64,000 nt of DNA from Candidatus Spongiisociaceae bacterium (GTDB taxonomy: Bacteria > Actinomycetota > Acidimicrobiia > Spongiisociales > Spongiisociaceae): the NCBI GenBank assembly GCA_965219685.1, contig CBDCOH010000002.1:4224001-4288000 (forward strand). The letters are read 5' to 3'. The position numbers and the translations under genes were made by a program. Below, one piece after another: positions 49,123 through 58,386 of this stretch. Each line of letters starts with the position of its first letter. The first letter of the stretch is position 1. The notes under the pieces were generated by a model that saw only the letters and a program-made list of their open reading frames with translations, was not told where the DNA came from and ran no database searches.

Positions 49123-50538
49123 TCAGGAGACGCGGACGAAGCCGATCCCGAGGAATCGGGCCACCATCTCGACCTGGTCGGCGATGTGGCCGGGCGCAGC
49201 GGCGCTGTGGTGGTTGACGCCTGCTTCGGCCCACCGCTGCCAGGCGACCTCGACCGGCACCGTACCCGAGAAGCGGAACGCCCCGCCCACCGTGGGACTG
49301 TCGGGGAAGGACCTACCCGTCAGCTCGCCCTCAGCAGCTATCAAACGGAAGCCGCTCGGTTCGCCGTGGAATGGTGTGAACCCGACCAGGGTGGCCGGCC
49401 CGGGGGCGAGTTCGAACCAGACGGCGGCGCCCGCCAAGGGGTCCTGGACGTACCAGGGATTCTGCTGCAGCCGGGGCCGGCCTCCCGGCGAGCACCATTC
49501 GAGGTCATGCTCGCCCGAGTTGGCGATCACCACTTCTCCCGTCTCGAAGTCGATGGCTTCGATCTCGTGGTACAGGGCGGCGCCGCCGAGCTGTTTGGCC
49601 ACCAGCATCGCGACCGCGGTGAGCACGTCCCCGGAACAGGTCCATGGAACGCCCCGCGTGGTCTCCCGGCCCAGACCGAAGCAAGGCGTCACTCCGGGAT
49701 CACGGCCGAAGCGGATCTCCGCTACATGGCAGTTCATGGCGCCGGCGTCGAGGACGTGAGCGTCGTCCAGTTCCTCCATCGCCCTCGCCAGACGCAGGGA
49801 TCGGGTCCTGCCTCGGGCTGAGGTGGTGAGGTCCTCGAATCCGGCGTCGATCTCCTTCTCGAGGGCAGAGACATCGGATACGCCGAGGTAACGGTCCCGG
49901 ATCTCCGCGGGATCTATCGGCACCAGTTCGACTCCTGCCGCGGCCCGCAGGCGCCGGTCGTCGACGTCCACGCAGTCATACCCATCGATCGGGCGACCTA
50001 CCCGGGCTATCCGGGACCGCGAGACCGACCGGGCGACCGCCCCCGCGTGGAGAGTTCGAACCAGACGGTCCGTCACCGAAGCATCCGAAGTGCTCCCGAC
50101 GACCAACTCGAACGGTCGTCCCCGGCGTCCCAGGATGTTGGTCAGCATCGGGGTGCCCACCGTCGCCCCCAGCGTCGTGATATCCGACTGGTCGAAACCG
50201 GATCTGAGAGAGCGGCTTCGCTGGACCGCCCACACCACGACGGGCAGATCCTCGAGGACGTCGAGAGCCGCCATGGCATGGATTGGTGGCACCGCCATGG
50301 ACTGGACGACCAGTACCGCGCCGGCCCCATCCAGCCGGATCCGCGCTGCCGCCTCGGCACCGGCCTCAGCCGAATGGACCAGACCGCTCCACGCGACTTC
50401 CACACCGGAACCACTGAGAAGGTCCACCACCTCCTCGAGCAGGCACTGGCGCTCGGCTCGGAATGCATGGCCTCCGGCGCTCGCCTCCCAGAAGCCCCAG
50501 TAAGGATGAATCACAGCGATGGAGTGCTTCTCTCGCAC
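49123..50538 (-). CDS. L-fucose/L-arabinose isomerase-fold protein
   Basis: GATVGTPMLTNILGR, AMNCH, CSGDVLTA, PGPATL, GVNHH. Confidence 0.7.
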   Translation of the reverse strand: MREKHSIAVIHPYWGFWEASAGGHAFRAERQCLLEEVVDLLSGSGVEVAWSGLVHSAEAGAEAAARIRLDGAGAVLVVQSMAVPPIHAMAALDVLEDLPVVVWAVQRSRSLRSGFDQSDITTLGATVGTPMLTNILGRRGRPFELVVGSTSDASVTDRLVRTLHAGAVARSVSRSRIARVGRPIDGYDCVDVDDRRLRAAAGVELVPIDPAEIRDRYLGVSDVSALEKEIDAGFEDLTTSARGRTRSLRLARAMEELDDAHVLDAGAMNCHVAEIRFGRDPGVTPCFGLGRETTRGVPWTCSGDVLTAVAMLVAKQLGGAALYHEIEAIDFETGEVVIANSGEHDLEWCSPGGRPRLQQNPWYVQDPLAGAAVWFELAPGPATLVGFTPFHGEPSGFRLIAAEGELTGRSFPDSPTVGGAFRFSGTVPVEVAWQRWAEAGVNHHSAAAPGHIADQVEMVARFLGIGFVRVS

Positions 50539-50706
50539 GAGTCCCTTCCCGCTTGGCGAACCATGCCATGCCCCGAAGCCTCACGGCCAACCGTCCCCAT
50601 CGAGCCCTTCCGTTGGGGTGGGCGACACCGGGATTAGGGTACGGTACCGGAGCGCTGCCCACACGACCGCGGCCCCTGAGCGGCCGATCCCAGGAATGGA
50701 GGCAAT

Positions 50707-51828
50707 ATGACCACCGAGACGCGAATCGAGTTCTCCGACGTGCTGGGCCGGCGAGTCCGCCTCGGTTCTTGGCAGGATCAGAAGATCGGCACGTACCGGA
50801 AGATCCAGGAGGCGGTGGCCGACAGCCGCTGGGACGACGCCGCGGATCTCGCCGACTACTTCGTTGACGAGGCCAGCGTCTGCTTCCTCCTCTACCGGCA
50901 GTGGATAAACGACCTGAGTGGGTTCCTGAAGCGCAAGGGCGCGACGAGCGAGGACGTGGATGCCGTGAACGCCGGAATCGTCGAGAAGATCGCGCTTCCC
51001 GACGGTTCGCCGTGGAAGCCTCGAAAGCACTGGGACCGGTTCAAGCAGGAACAGAGGAAGCTCCTCGCCCACATCTACCGGGAGGAGCCCGATGCGGCCC
51101 TTGAGGCGCTAGCTGCCATGAAGGAGACCTGGCGCCAGACCCATGACCGGGATGTGGACCACACTTACGGACTCATGTCGGAGATCTACGAGCGTCACGG
51201 CGGCCCTGGGTTGGTCGACATGTACGACGTCGTCCTCATCCCCCTGTTCGCATGGCGCTACCAGAAGTTCGACATCGACCAGCACCCGTGGGACGAGGCG
51301 CTCGAGACCCTCATGCTGGTGGCTTGCGAATCGATGCGGGGCCATCTCGTCGGACCCGAGCGGACGGGCGACTTCGAGTTGATAGAGACCGACGACCGCT
51401 TCATCCTCCGCTTCGACCCGTGCGCTTCCGGCCAGCGGACCATACGAGGTGACTGGGTGGAGGGCACGCCGCCCCGCATGGAACCCCCTTACAACTGGGC
51501 GGTCAGCAAGGAGGAGGCCTCGTGGAACCACTACACGAAGGGCATCTGCCTCTACTGCGTCCACTGCATCATCCTGATGGAGGAGATGCCCATGGATCGC
51601 TTCGGCTACCCGGTCCGAACCGTCGATCCGCCGGTCTACCCGGACACCGATCGGGATCCGGACGTCCGCCAGCAGTGCCAGTGGGAGATGTTCAAGGACC
51701 CCACCCAGGTTCCCGAGGAGTACTACACGAGGGTCGGGCGGAAGAAGCCAAAGGTGTTCGGCTCGTCGAACTTCCAAGCGATCCCCCTGCCCGACGCCGG
51801 ATCACTCGGATTGCCCGGAACCGGGTGA
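50707..51828 (+). CDS. Uncharacterised Cys-motif protein (possible V4R-like metal site)
   Basis: 373 aa with typical codon usage; FDPCASG, YCVHC, CQW motifs. Confidence 0.7.
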   Translation: MTTETRIEFSDVLGRRVRLGSWQDQKIGTYRKIQEAVADSRWDDAADLADYFVDEASVCFLLYRQWINDLSGFLKRKGATSEDVDAVNAGIVEKIALPDGSPWKPRKHWDRFKQEQRKLLAHIYREEPDAALEALAAMKETWRQTHDRDVDHTYGLMSEIYERHGGPGLVDMYDVVLIPLFAWRYQKFDIDQHPWDEALETLMLVACESMRGHLVGPERTGDFELIETDDRFILRFDPCASGQRTIRGDWVEGTPPRMEPPYNWAVSKEEASWNHYTKGICLYCVHCIILMEEMPMDRFGYPVRTVDPPVYPDTDRDPDVRQQCQWEMFKDPTQVPEEYYTRVGRKKPKVFGSSNFQAIPLPDAGSLGLPGTG

Positions 51829-51832
51829 AACG

Positions 51833-52858
51833 GTGCGGGCCGCCGTACTGACCGGCTACGACCGGCCCCTCGAACTCGCCGAGTTACCCGACCCGACTCC
51901 TGGTCCGGGCGAGGTGGTGGTCGATGTCCGGGCGTGCGGGGTGTGCGGAAGCGACACCTTCCTGCAGAAGGGCGGCTTCGCTTCGGTGTTGCCGGTCGTG
52001 CCCGGTCACGAGGCGGCGGGGACCGTCTCGGCGGTGGGTCGCGATGTGTGCTCGGTAGAGGTGGGCCAGCCGGTGGCCCTCTACTACATCGACCACTGCG
52101 GCGCCTGCCGCTCGTGCAGGAACGGGCGGGTGAACATGTGCCTGGGTCTCCGGAGGATGGGCGTCGAGTTCAACGGGGCCTTCGCCGAGCGAGCCGTTCT
52201 GGGCGCAGAGTGTCTAGTCCCGGTCGATCCCGGTGACGATCCGGCTGCCGTAGCCGTGCTCACCGACGCGGTGGCCACTCCCTACCACGCCCTGGTCCGC
52301 ATCGCCCGCGCCCGCGAAGGGGAGACCGTGGTGGTGTTCGGGATCGGCGGGTTAGGCTCCAACGCGGTCCAGGTGGCCGCCTACCTGGGGTGCCGGGTGA
52401 TCGCGGTGAGCCGGTCCGACGCCAACCTCGAGCTCGCCACCCGGATGGGCGCCGACACCGTTGTGAAGGGCGGCGCCGGCGCCGTCGAGCGGATCGCCGG
52501 TGTCGTCGAGCCGGGCGGTCCGGACGTGATCATCCAGACGGTGGGATCTCCGGACGTGTACCGCCAGGCAATCGCCGCGGCTGGGATCGGGTGCCGCGTG
52601 GTCGCAGTCGGATCCACGCTCGAACCGTTCCCGGTCAACGCCATGGACCTCGTCTGGCGGGAAGCGACCCTGGCCGGCTCACGCGGCTACACGCCCCAGG
52701 ACATCCGGGACGTGGTCGATCTACACCGCCGGGGCGTGCTGACGACCGATCACCTGGTGGAGAATCCGAGACCCCTGGACGAGGTCAACGAAGCCCTCGA
52801 CGATCTACGCCGCGGGACCGTGCTGCGCTCGGTCATCACCTTCGGCAGCGGCTGGTAG
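51833..52858 (+). CDS. Zinc-dependent alcohol dehydrogenase (MDR)
   Basis: CGSD, GHEAAG, CGACRSC..G..NMC, GIGGLG. Confidence 0.93.
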   Translation: MRAAVLTGYDRPLELAELPDPTPGPGEVVVDVRACGVCGSDTFLQKGGFASVLPVVPGHEAAGTVSAVGRDVCSVEVGQPVALYYIDHCGACRSCRNGRVNMCLGLRRMGVEFNGAFAERAVLGAECLVPVDPGDDPAAVAVLTDAVATPYHALVRIARAREGETVVVFGIGGLGSNAVQVAAYLGCRVIAVSRSDANLELATRMGADTVVKGGAGAVERIAGVVEPGGPDVIIQTVGSPDVYRQAIAAAGIGCRVVAVGSTLEPFPVNAMDLVWREATLAGSRGYTPQDIRDVVDLHRRGVLTTDHLVENPRPLDEVNEALDDLRRGTVLRSVITFGSGW

Positions 52859-52959
52859 GTAACTCATGCCTCAGCCGGCTCAACGGTACGAGAGGGCTCA
52901 CCTGACCAGCGCTGAACCCCGCCGGTCCCGCCGGACCGTATCCTGGCGCCTGCCACACC

Positions 52960-54048
52960 ATGGTTGAAGCGAGCCGGACCGAACACCGGGCGATGACGGT
53001 GCGGGGGCCGGTTCCCGTATCCCGCCTGGGCCCGACGCACATTCACGAGCACCTGTACATCGACTTCCGACCGCTCCTCAGCCTGCACCCGTATGCGGTG
53101 GTCTCCGACGAACCGCTCACCATCCACACCGCGGCTGAAGCCAGGTGGAATCCCGGCGGGTTCCCGGACAACTACCACCAGACCGACGTGGACCAGGTGG
53201 TCGAGGAGTTGGCGCCCTTCCACGCCGCCGGGGGCAGGACCATCGTCGAGGTCACCCCGAGCCACATGTCGCGGGACCCGCTGGTCCTCCGGGAGATCTC
53301 GGAACGGACCGGGGTGCATGTGGTCATGGGCGGTGGCTACTACCTGGCGGGCAGCCATCCGGCCGGTACGGCTGAGCGCTCGCCGGAGGACATTGCACAG
53401 GAACTGGTCGGCGAGTGGACCGATGGGGTCGAGGACACCGGGATCCGACCGGGGATACTGGGCGAGATCGGAACGGGGGACCCGGTCCGGCCCGAGGAGA
53501 TCCGCGTTCTGCGGGCGGTCGCGTGGGCGCACCTGGAGACCGGCCTTCCTATCAGCGTCCACCTGCACCCCTGGGGATTCGAGGGCTTGAAGGTGCTCGA
53601 CGTTCTCGTCTCGGAGGGTGTGGACCCGTCGCGGGTGGTGCTGGGGCACATGAACACGGCCATCGCCGACGAGTCCTACCAGGTCGAACTCCTGGAACGC
53701 GGGGCGAACCTCGCCTACGACCTGATGGGCTTCGACCACTCGCTCATCGGTCTCGGCAAGTACCCTCCCAGCGACTTCGACATAGTCGCCGGCGTGGCGG
53801 CGCTGGCCGAACGCGGTTACCTCGGGCAACTGTTCGTATCCCAGGACATGGGCGGTGTTAAGACCCGGCTCCTCGCCTACGGTGGATGGGGATACGCCCA
53901 CATCCTCGACCACGTGATCCCCCTGTTCCGGGACGCCGGCTGGGGTGACACCGAGGTCGAGACTCTGATGGTTGCCAATCCGGCCCGCGTCCTCCGGATT
54001 CCCGGACTTGCGCCCATGGGAGGCCCAACCGCCGGCACGGTGGAGTAA
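52960..54048 (+). CDS. Phosphotriesterase-homology protein / lactonase
   Basis: HIHEH, GEIG (Glu-bridged type), SVH, GHM, SQD. Confidence 0.9.
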   Translation: MVEASRTEHRAMTVRGPVPVSRLGPTHIHEHLYIDFRPLLSLHPYAVVSDEPLTIHTAAEARWNPGGFPDNYHQTDVDQVVEELAPFHAAGGRTIVEVTPSHMSRDPLVLREISERTGVHVVMGGGYYLAGSHPAGTAERSPEDIAQELVGEWTDGVEDTGIRPGILGEIGTGDPVRPEEIRVLRAVAWAHLETGLPISVHLHPWGFEGLKVLDVLVSEGVDPSRVVLGHMNTAIADESYQVELLERGANLAYDLMGFDHSLIGLGKYPPSDFDIVAGVAALAERGYLGQLFVSQDMGGVKTRLLAYGGWGYAHILDHVIPLFRDAGWGDTEVETLMVANPARVLRIPGLAPMGGPTAGTVE

Positions 54049-54050
54049 CC

Positions 54051-54854
54051 GTGAACCCGGGGCCGGAGGCGCCGATGCTCACGGATCCCTCGTGGAGCCT
54101 GGGCGCCGGTTTGGAGGGGCGGGGGGTGATAGTGACCGGCGCCGCCAGCGGGATCGGCCGGGCCACCGCCCGGATGATGGCAGCCGCGGGGGCGCGCGTG
54201 GCGGCGGTTGACGTGGACCGCGACGGTCTGGACGAGACGATGGCGACCCTCGAAGGCCGGGACGGCCATCTGGCCATCCCCTTCGATCTCGCCGACACCG
54301 GTTCGATCCCGGATCTGGTGTCCGGAGTAGTCGAGGAGTTCGGCGATCTCTGGGCACTTGCCAACGTGGCGGCTGTCCTGCGCCGCCGGCGCCTCGACGA
54401 CGTGACCGAGCAGGATTGGGACGTGCAGATGGACGTCAACCTCAAGGCGTCGTTCTTCCTCAACCGGGAGGCGGGCAACGTGATGGTCGCCGGCGGCGGG
54501 GGAGGCCGGATCATCAACTTCGCGTCGATGGCCTGGCTGGTGGGTCCGCTCCTCGGGAGCGACGCCTATGTGATCAGCAAGGCCGGGATCGTATCGATGA
54601 CCAGAGGGTTTGCCCGGGCCTTCGGTCCCCACGGGATCCTGGTGAACACCGTGTCCCCGGGCCAGATCGACACGCCGATGCAGCACCAGGAGAACACCCC
54701 CGAGGTGATGGAACGTGCCATGGCGATGTGCCCACTCGGCCGGATGGGCCAGCCGGAGGAACTCGCCGCGGTGGTCCTGTTCCTGGCCTCCCGCCACTCC
54801 ACCTTCGTGAACGGCGCCACGATCAACGTGAGCGGCGGCCTGATTATGTACTAG
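54051..54854 (+). CDS. Short-chain dehydrogenase/reductase
   Basis: TGAASGIG, YVISK, VNTVSPG. Confidence 0.92.
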   Translation: MNPGPEAPMLTDPSWSLGAGLEGRGVIVTGAASGIGRATARMMAAAGARVAAVDVDRDGLDETMATLEGRDGHLAIPFDLADTGSIPDLVSGVVEEFGDLWALANVAAVLRRRRLDDVTEQDWDVQMDVNLKASFFLNREAGNVMVAGGGGGRIINFASMAWLVGPLLGSDAYVISKAGIVSMTRGFARAFGPHGILVNTVSPGQIDTPMQHQENTPEVMERAMAMCPLGRMGQPEELAAVVLFLASRHSTFVNGATINVSGGLIMY

Positions 54855-54883
54855 GAGTGGTGAGTGGTGAATGGTGGGCTGGT
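54855..54883 (+). repeat. Short heptamer array GAGTGGT/GAATGGT/GGCTGGT
   Basis: Four units directly after the SDR stop. Confidence 0.7.
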
Positions 54884-55652
54884 GGTCGAACCCGCTGCCC
54901 GTAAGGTGCGTGGTCCCGATCTGGAGGTCGAACGAAGCCTGTTGGAGGCGGGCCACGCCGTGGTCGCGGGGGTTGACGAGACCGGCTGGGGAGCATGGGC
55001 CGGACCACTGTCGGTCGGGGCCGCAGTCATTCCTCAGGACCAGCCGATCCCGAAGGGCCTGAGGGACTCCAAAGACCTCAGTCGGGGTCAGCTAGGAACC
55101 CTCTTCGATCTGACGCGGGAGTGGTGTACGCACTGGGCGGTTGGCCACGCCACCCACGCGGAGTGTGACGAGATGGGTTTCTCGGAGGCACGGAGCCTGG
55201 CGGCATGCCGGGCGCTGAAGGCTCTGCCGGTCGAACCCGACCACATCCTTGTGGACGGCAACAGGGACTTCGTGGATACCGGCAACACCACCTGTCTGGT
55301 CAAGGGCGACGCCATCTCTATTTCCATTGCAGCGGCATCCGTACTGGCCAAGGTAGTACGTGATCGGATCATGCGCGACTTGTCGCGCCATTTCTCCGGT
55401 TACGGCTTCGAATCCAACAAGGGATATCACTCGCCACATCACAGGGCCGCGCTCCTCAACTTGGGGCCGTCGCCTGTCCACCGGGGCAGTGTGAGGCTAA
55501 GGGTGAAGTTGCAGGATCTCCCGATGATCGGCAGTCCTCGCCATAGGCGGTATGGATTAGCGGAACCTCCACCGGACTCCGCTGACTACTCCGAACTGAG
55601 TAGGTGGATAGATCTGGATGGAGTCACCCGGCCGCCGACGGTGGCGAACTGA
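54882..55652 (+). CDS. rnhB: Ribonuclease HII (divergent)
   Basis: GVDETGWGAWAGP, LRDSK, LVDGN, VKGDA..SIAAASVLAKV.RD, NKGY, HR.S; start approximate. Confidence 0.82.
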   Translation: MVEPAARKVRGPDLEVERSLLEAGHAVVAGVDETGWGAWAGPLSVGAAVIPQDQPIPKGLRDSKDLSRGQLGTLFDLTREWCTHWAVGHATHAECDEMGFSEARSLAACRALKALPVEPDHILVDGNRDFVDTGNTTCLVKGDAISISIAAASVLAKVVRDRIMRDLSRHFSGYGFESNKGYHSPHHRAALLNLGPSPVHRGSVRLRVKLQDLPMIGSPRHRRYGLAEPPPDSADYSELSRWIDLDGVTRPPTVAN

Positions 55653-55788
55653 TCGCCGTCCAAGCGTCGTGATCACGTAATGGGTTTAGACTTGTGATTA
55701 GGTATGAACATTACGTAATACCTGTCAGCGTTTTAGCACCTTCGCTATCCGCCAACCACCGGGCACCGAGCAACCGGCAACTGGCTAC

Positions 55789-55858
55789 CACTCACCACTC
55801 ACCACTCACCACTCACCACTCACCACTCACCATTCACCATTCACCATTCACTATTCAC
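55789..55858 (+). repeat. Heptamer array (CACTCAC)6(CATTCAC)3 TATTCAC, with degenerate units upstream
   Basis: Counted directly; ends 4 bp from the stop of the small downstream-convergent gene. Confidence 0.95.
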
Positions 55859-55862
55859 CAAC

Positions 55863-56147
55863 CTAACCCTTCTCGGTCGTGGGGTCGATCATCTTGCGGA
55901 CTTCGGTGACCACTGTGGCCGGGAAGCCGCTGCGCTCGGCGTGCTCGTCGATCAGCCCCGGGTTGTCGGAGACATAGATGCAGAAGGTCTTGTCGCCCGC
56001 TACGTAGCTTTGCTCCCACTGGATGTGCTTGCCCTCGGACTGCATGGCGTGCAGAACCGAATTGGACTTCTCGGCTGCGGCGCGCAGTTGCTCTCGCTCG
56101 GCGGATCCGATGTCAGGGATGTCCCGTTCGATGACGAAGCGTTGCAT
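55863..56147 (-). CDS. DUF4242-like small protein
   Basis: MQRFVIERDIP..G...W.QSYV..DKTFCIY...HAERSGFPA...DPTT; RBS AGGGAGG. Confidence 0.8.
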   Translation of the reverse strand: MQRFVIERDIPDIGSAEREQLRAAAEKSNSVLHAMQSEGKHIQWEQSYVAGDKTFCIYVSDNPGLIDEHAERSGFPATVVTEVRKMIDPTTEKG

Positions 56148-56233
56148 GGTCCTCCCTTGGTGCTTGGTCCTGACTCTAGACCCTCCGGGATGTGCGAGGT
56201 GTCGGGGGTCGGGTGCACGGTGACGCAGGATAC

Positions 56234-56359
56234 GATTCACGATTCACGATTCACGATTCACGATTCACCATTCACGATTCACCATTCACCATTCACCATT
56301 CACCATTCACCACTCACCACTCACCACTCACCACTCACCACTCACCACTCACCACTCAC
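56234..56359 (+). repeat. Heptamer array GATTCAC to CATTCAC to CACTCAC, 18 units
   Basis: (GATTCAC)5 CATTCAC GATTCAC (CATTCAC)4 (CACTCAC)7. Confidence 0.96.
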
Positions 56360-56409
56360 CGTGTACCCTGTCGGCCTAAGTATCTGCACCTCTCGGGAAG
56401 AGGAGTGAA

Positions 56410-57504
56410 ATGGGCGAACAGTTCAGGCGGCTCTCAGGAGAGTGGATGACGCCCCGGCGTCGTTTCCTATCCGCGCTGTACGGCGGACGGGTCGACAAGG
56501 TGCCGGCGATGACCCTCAGTTCGGTGATGACCCTGGAGGCGATGGACATCGCCGACGCCGAGTTCCCGGAGGCTCACCTGGATGCCGAGAAGATGGCGCG
56601 CCTCGCAGCCACCGCCCATGAGAACCTGGACCTGGACACGATCATGCCGGTCTTCCACTCCCAACTCGAGGCCGACGCTCTCGATGCGTCCACATGGTGG
56701 GGCACCAAGGACAACTGGCCCGCCACCGACGACCACGTGCTCACGGACCCCGAGGACTTCAAGATCCCGTCCGACTACCTCGAGAGGCGATCGTTCAAGG
56801 CGGTGCTCGGGGCCATCAGGCTGCTGCGGAAGCGTTACCCGGACGTGGGCATCGTCGGCAAGGTGTACGGCCCCTGGTCGGTGGGCTTCCACATGGTGGG
56901 CATCGAGAACTTCCTCATGGACACCATCCTGGATCCCGGCAAGATACGCCGCTACCTCGAGGTGCTGCTGCCCGCGTCGATGATGTCGGCCCACGCACAG
57001 TTGGAAGCAGGCGCCGACGCCATCATGTGGGCCGACCACGCCAACCGGGAACTGGTGAGCCCGGACATGTACCGGGACTTCCTGCTGGAGATGCACCAGG
57101 GGGTGACCGAAGAGATCGGTGGGCCGAGCATCCTGCACTGCTGTGGCGAGACCACCGACCGGATTGACTACTTCGCCGAGGCGGGTTGGGACTGCTTCCA
57201 CTTCGAGTCCCAGGTCGATCCCAACGTCGCCAAGGAGATCGTCGGTGACCGCATGTCGCTCATGGGGAACATAAACAATCCTACGACGCTGTTCAGCGGC
57301 ACCTACGAAGACACGTACGAGGCGTGTATGAAGGTGCTCGAGGCAGGCGTGAACGGGGTCGCTCCCGAAGGATCGGTCCCGCTCGGAACGAAGATGGAAG
57401 TGCTCCAAGCCCTCGCGGACTCGGCGCGCGACTACTCGAACGCGCACCGGCCGGACGGGCGTCTCATCGTTCACGACCCTCCAGCGACGACCTCAGACTC
57501 CTGA
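56410..57504 (+). CDS. MtaA/CmuA-family (URO-D fold) corrinoid methyltransferase
   Basis: MTPRRRF, FPEAHLDAEKMARLA, GPWS, ILHCCG, LMGNI; RBS GAGGAG. Confidence 0.85.
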   Translation: MGEQFRRLSGEWMTPRRRFLSALYGGRVDKVPAMTLSSVMTLEAMDIADAEFPEAHLDAEKMARLAATAHENLDLDTIMPVFHSQLEADALDASTWWGTKDNWPATDDHVLTDPEDFKIPSDYLERRSFKAVLGAIRLLRKRYPDVGIVGKVYGPWSVGFHMVGIENFLMDTILDPGKIRRYLEVLLPASMMSAHAQLEAGADAIMWADHANRELVSPDMYRDFLLEMHQGVTEEIGGPSILHCCGETTDRIDYFAEAGWDCFHFESQVDPNVAKEIVGDRMSLMGNINNPTTLFSGTYEDTYEACMKVLEAGVNGVAPEGSVPLGTKMEVLQALADSARDYSNAHRPDGRLIVHDPPATTSDS

Positions 57505-57633
57505 TCCCCGCCCGGCGAGACCTTTCCCCTACCTTTGCACGACTGCGCGGCCCGGTATACGCTGGGCAGATCACTGGAAAGGTTTCCAGGACCCAGTTCC
57601 GGAACTGAGCGAGTGCATGGATGACGGAGCCCG

Positions 57634-58386
57634 ATGGCCCAGCTTTCTGATATAGCGAACGACACGATACGCGCCGAGATCGAGGAGTTCCTCGAGCGGC
57701 CCGAAGAGATCGAGTACAACGTCGAGTTATTCAACCGCGCGTCGCCGGAAATGCAAGACATCGCGGCCGCCCTGATCGAGGGGGACAACGTGACGGTCGA
57801 TCGGTTGACCGCGCAGGCGCTAGAGGACGGTGTCCATGCCCTCGAGATCATGGACGACGGGCTGATAGCCGGAATGGGAATCGTGGGGATCAAGTTCCGC
57901 GAGGGGTTCGTGTTCGTTCCGGAGGTGCTCGTCTCCGCCCGGGCGATGAAGGCGGGGATGGCGCACATCGAACCGATCTTGGCGGCGTCCGGCGTGGAAC
58001 CGATCGGAACGGTGATCATGGGCACCGTGCAGGGCGACCTCCACGACATCGGCAAGAACCTCTGCATCATGATGCTCCGGGGTGGGGGATTCACGGTGAT
58101 CGACCTCGGTGTCAACACCGCGCCCGCCGAGTTCCTCGAGGCGGTCACGTCCAGCGAGGCCCGCCTAGTCGGGATGTCGGCGCTGCTGACCACCACCATG
58201 CCCAACATGGCCAAGACCGTGGAGGCGTTCAAGGACGCCGGTATTCGCGACGAGGTCAGGTTCATGGTGGGTGGCGCCCCGGTGACTCCGGAGTTCGGCC
58301 GGGAGGTGGGGGCCGATGGCTACGGCAAGGACGCTCTCGCCTGTGTGGAGTTGGCCAAGAAGCTGGCAGTCGAGGTCGGCTCCTAG
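57634..58386 (+). CDS. Corrinoid (B12-binding) methyl-carrier protein
   Basis: Cap helix GLIAGM.IVG.KF...FVPEVL; DLHDIGKN; MSALLTTT; MVGGAP. Confidence 0.93.
   Translation: MAQLSDIANDTIRAEIEEFLERPEEIEYNVELFNRASPEMQDIAAALIEGDNVTVDRLTAQALEDGVHALEIMDDGLIAGMGIVGIKFREGFVFVPEVLVSARAMKAGMAHIEPILAASGVEPIGTVIMGTVQGDLHDIGKNLCIMMLRGGGFTVIDLGVNTAPAEFLEAVTSSEARLVGMSALLTTTMPNMAKTVEAFKDAGIRDEVRFMVGGAPVTPEFGREVGADGYGKDALACVELAKKLAVEVGS

Noticed and set aside
58384-58386. Pyrrolysine TAG in the methyltransferase cluster
   Set aside because: The TAG ends a complete corrinoid protein and the next gene starts in another frame; there are no MttB/MtmB-type or pyl genes.
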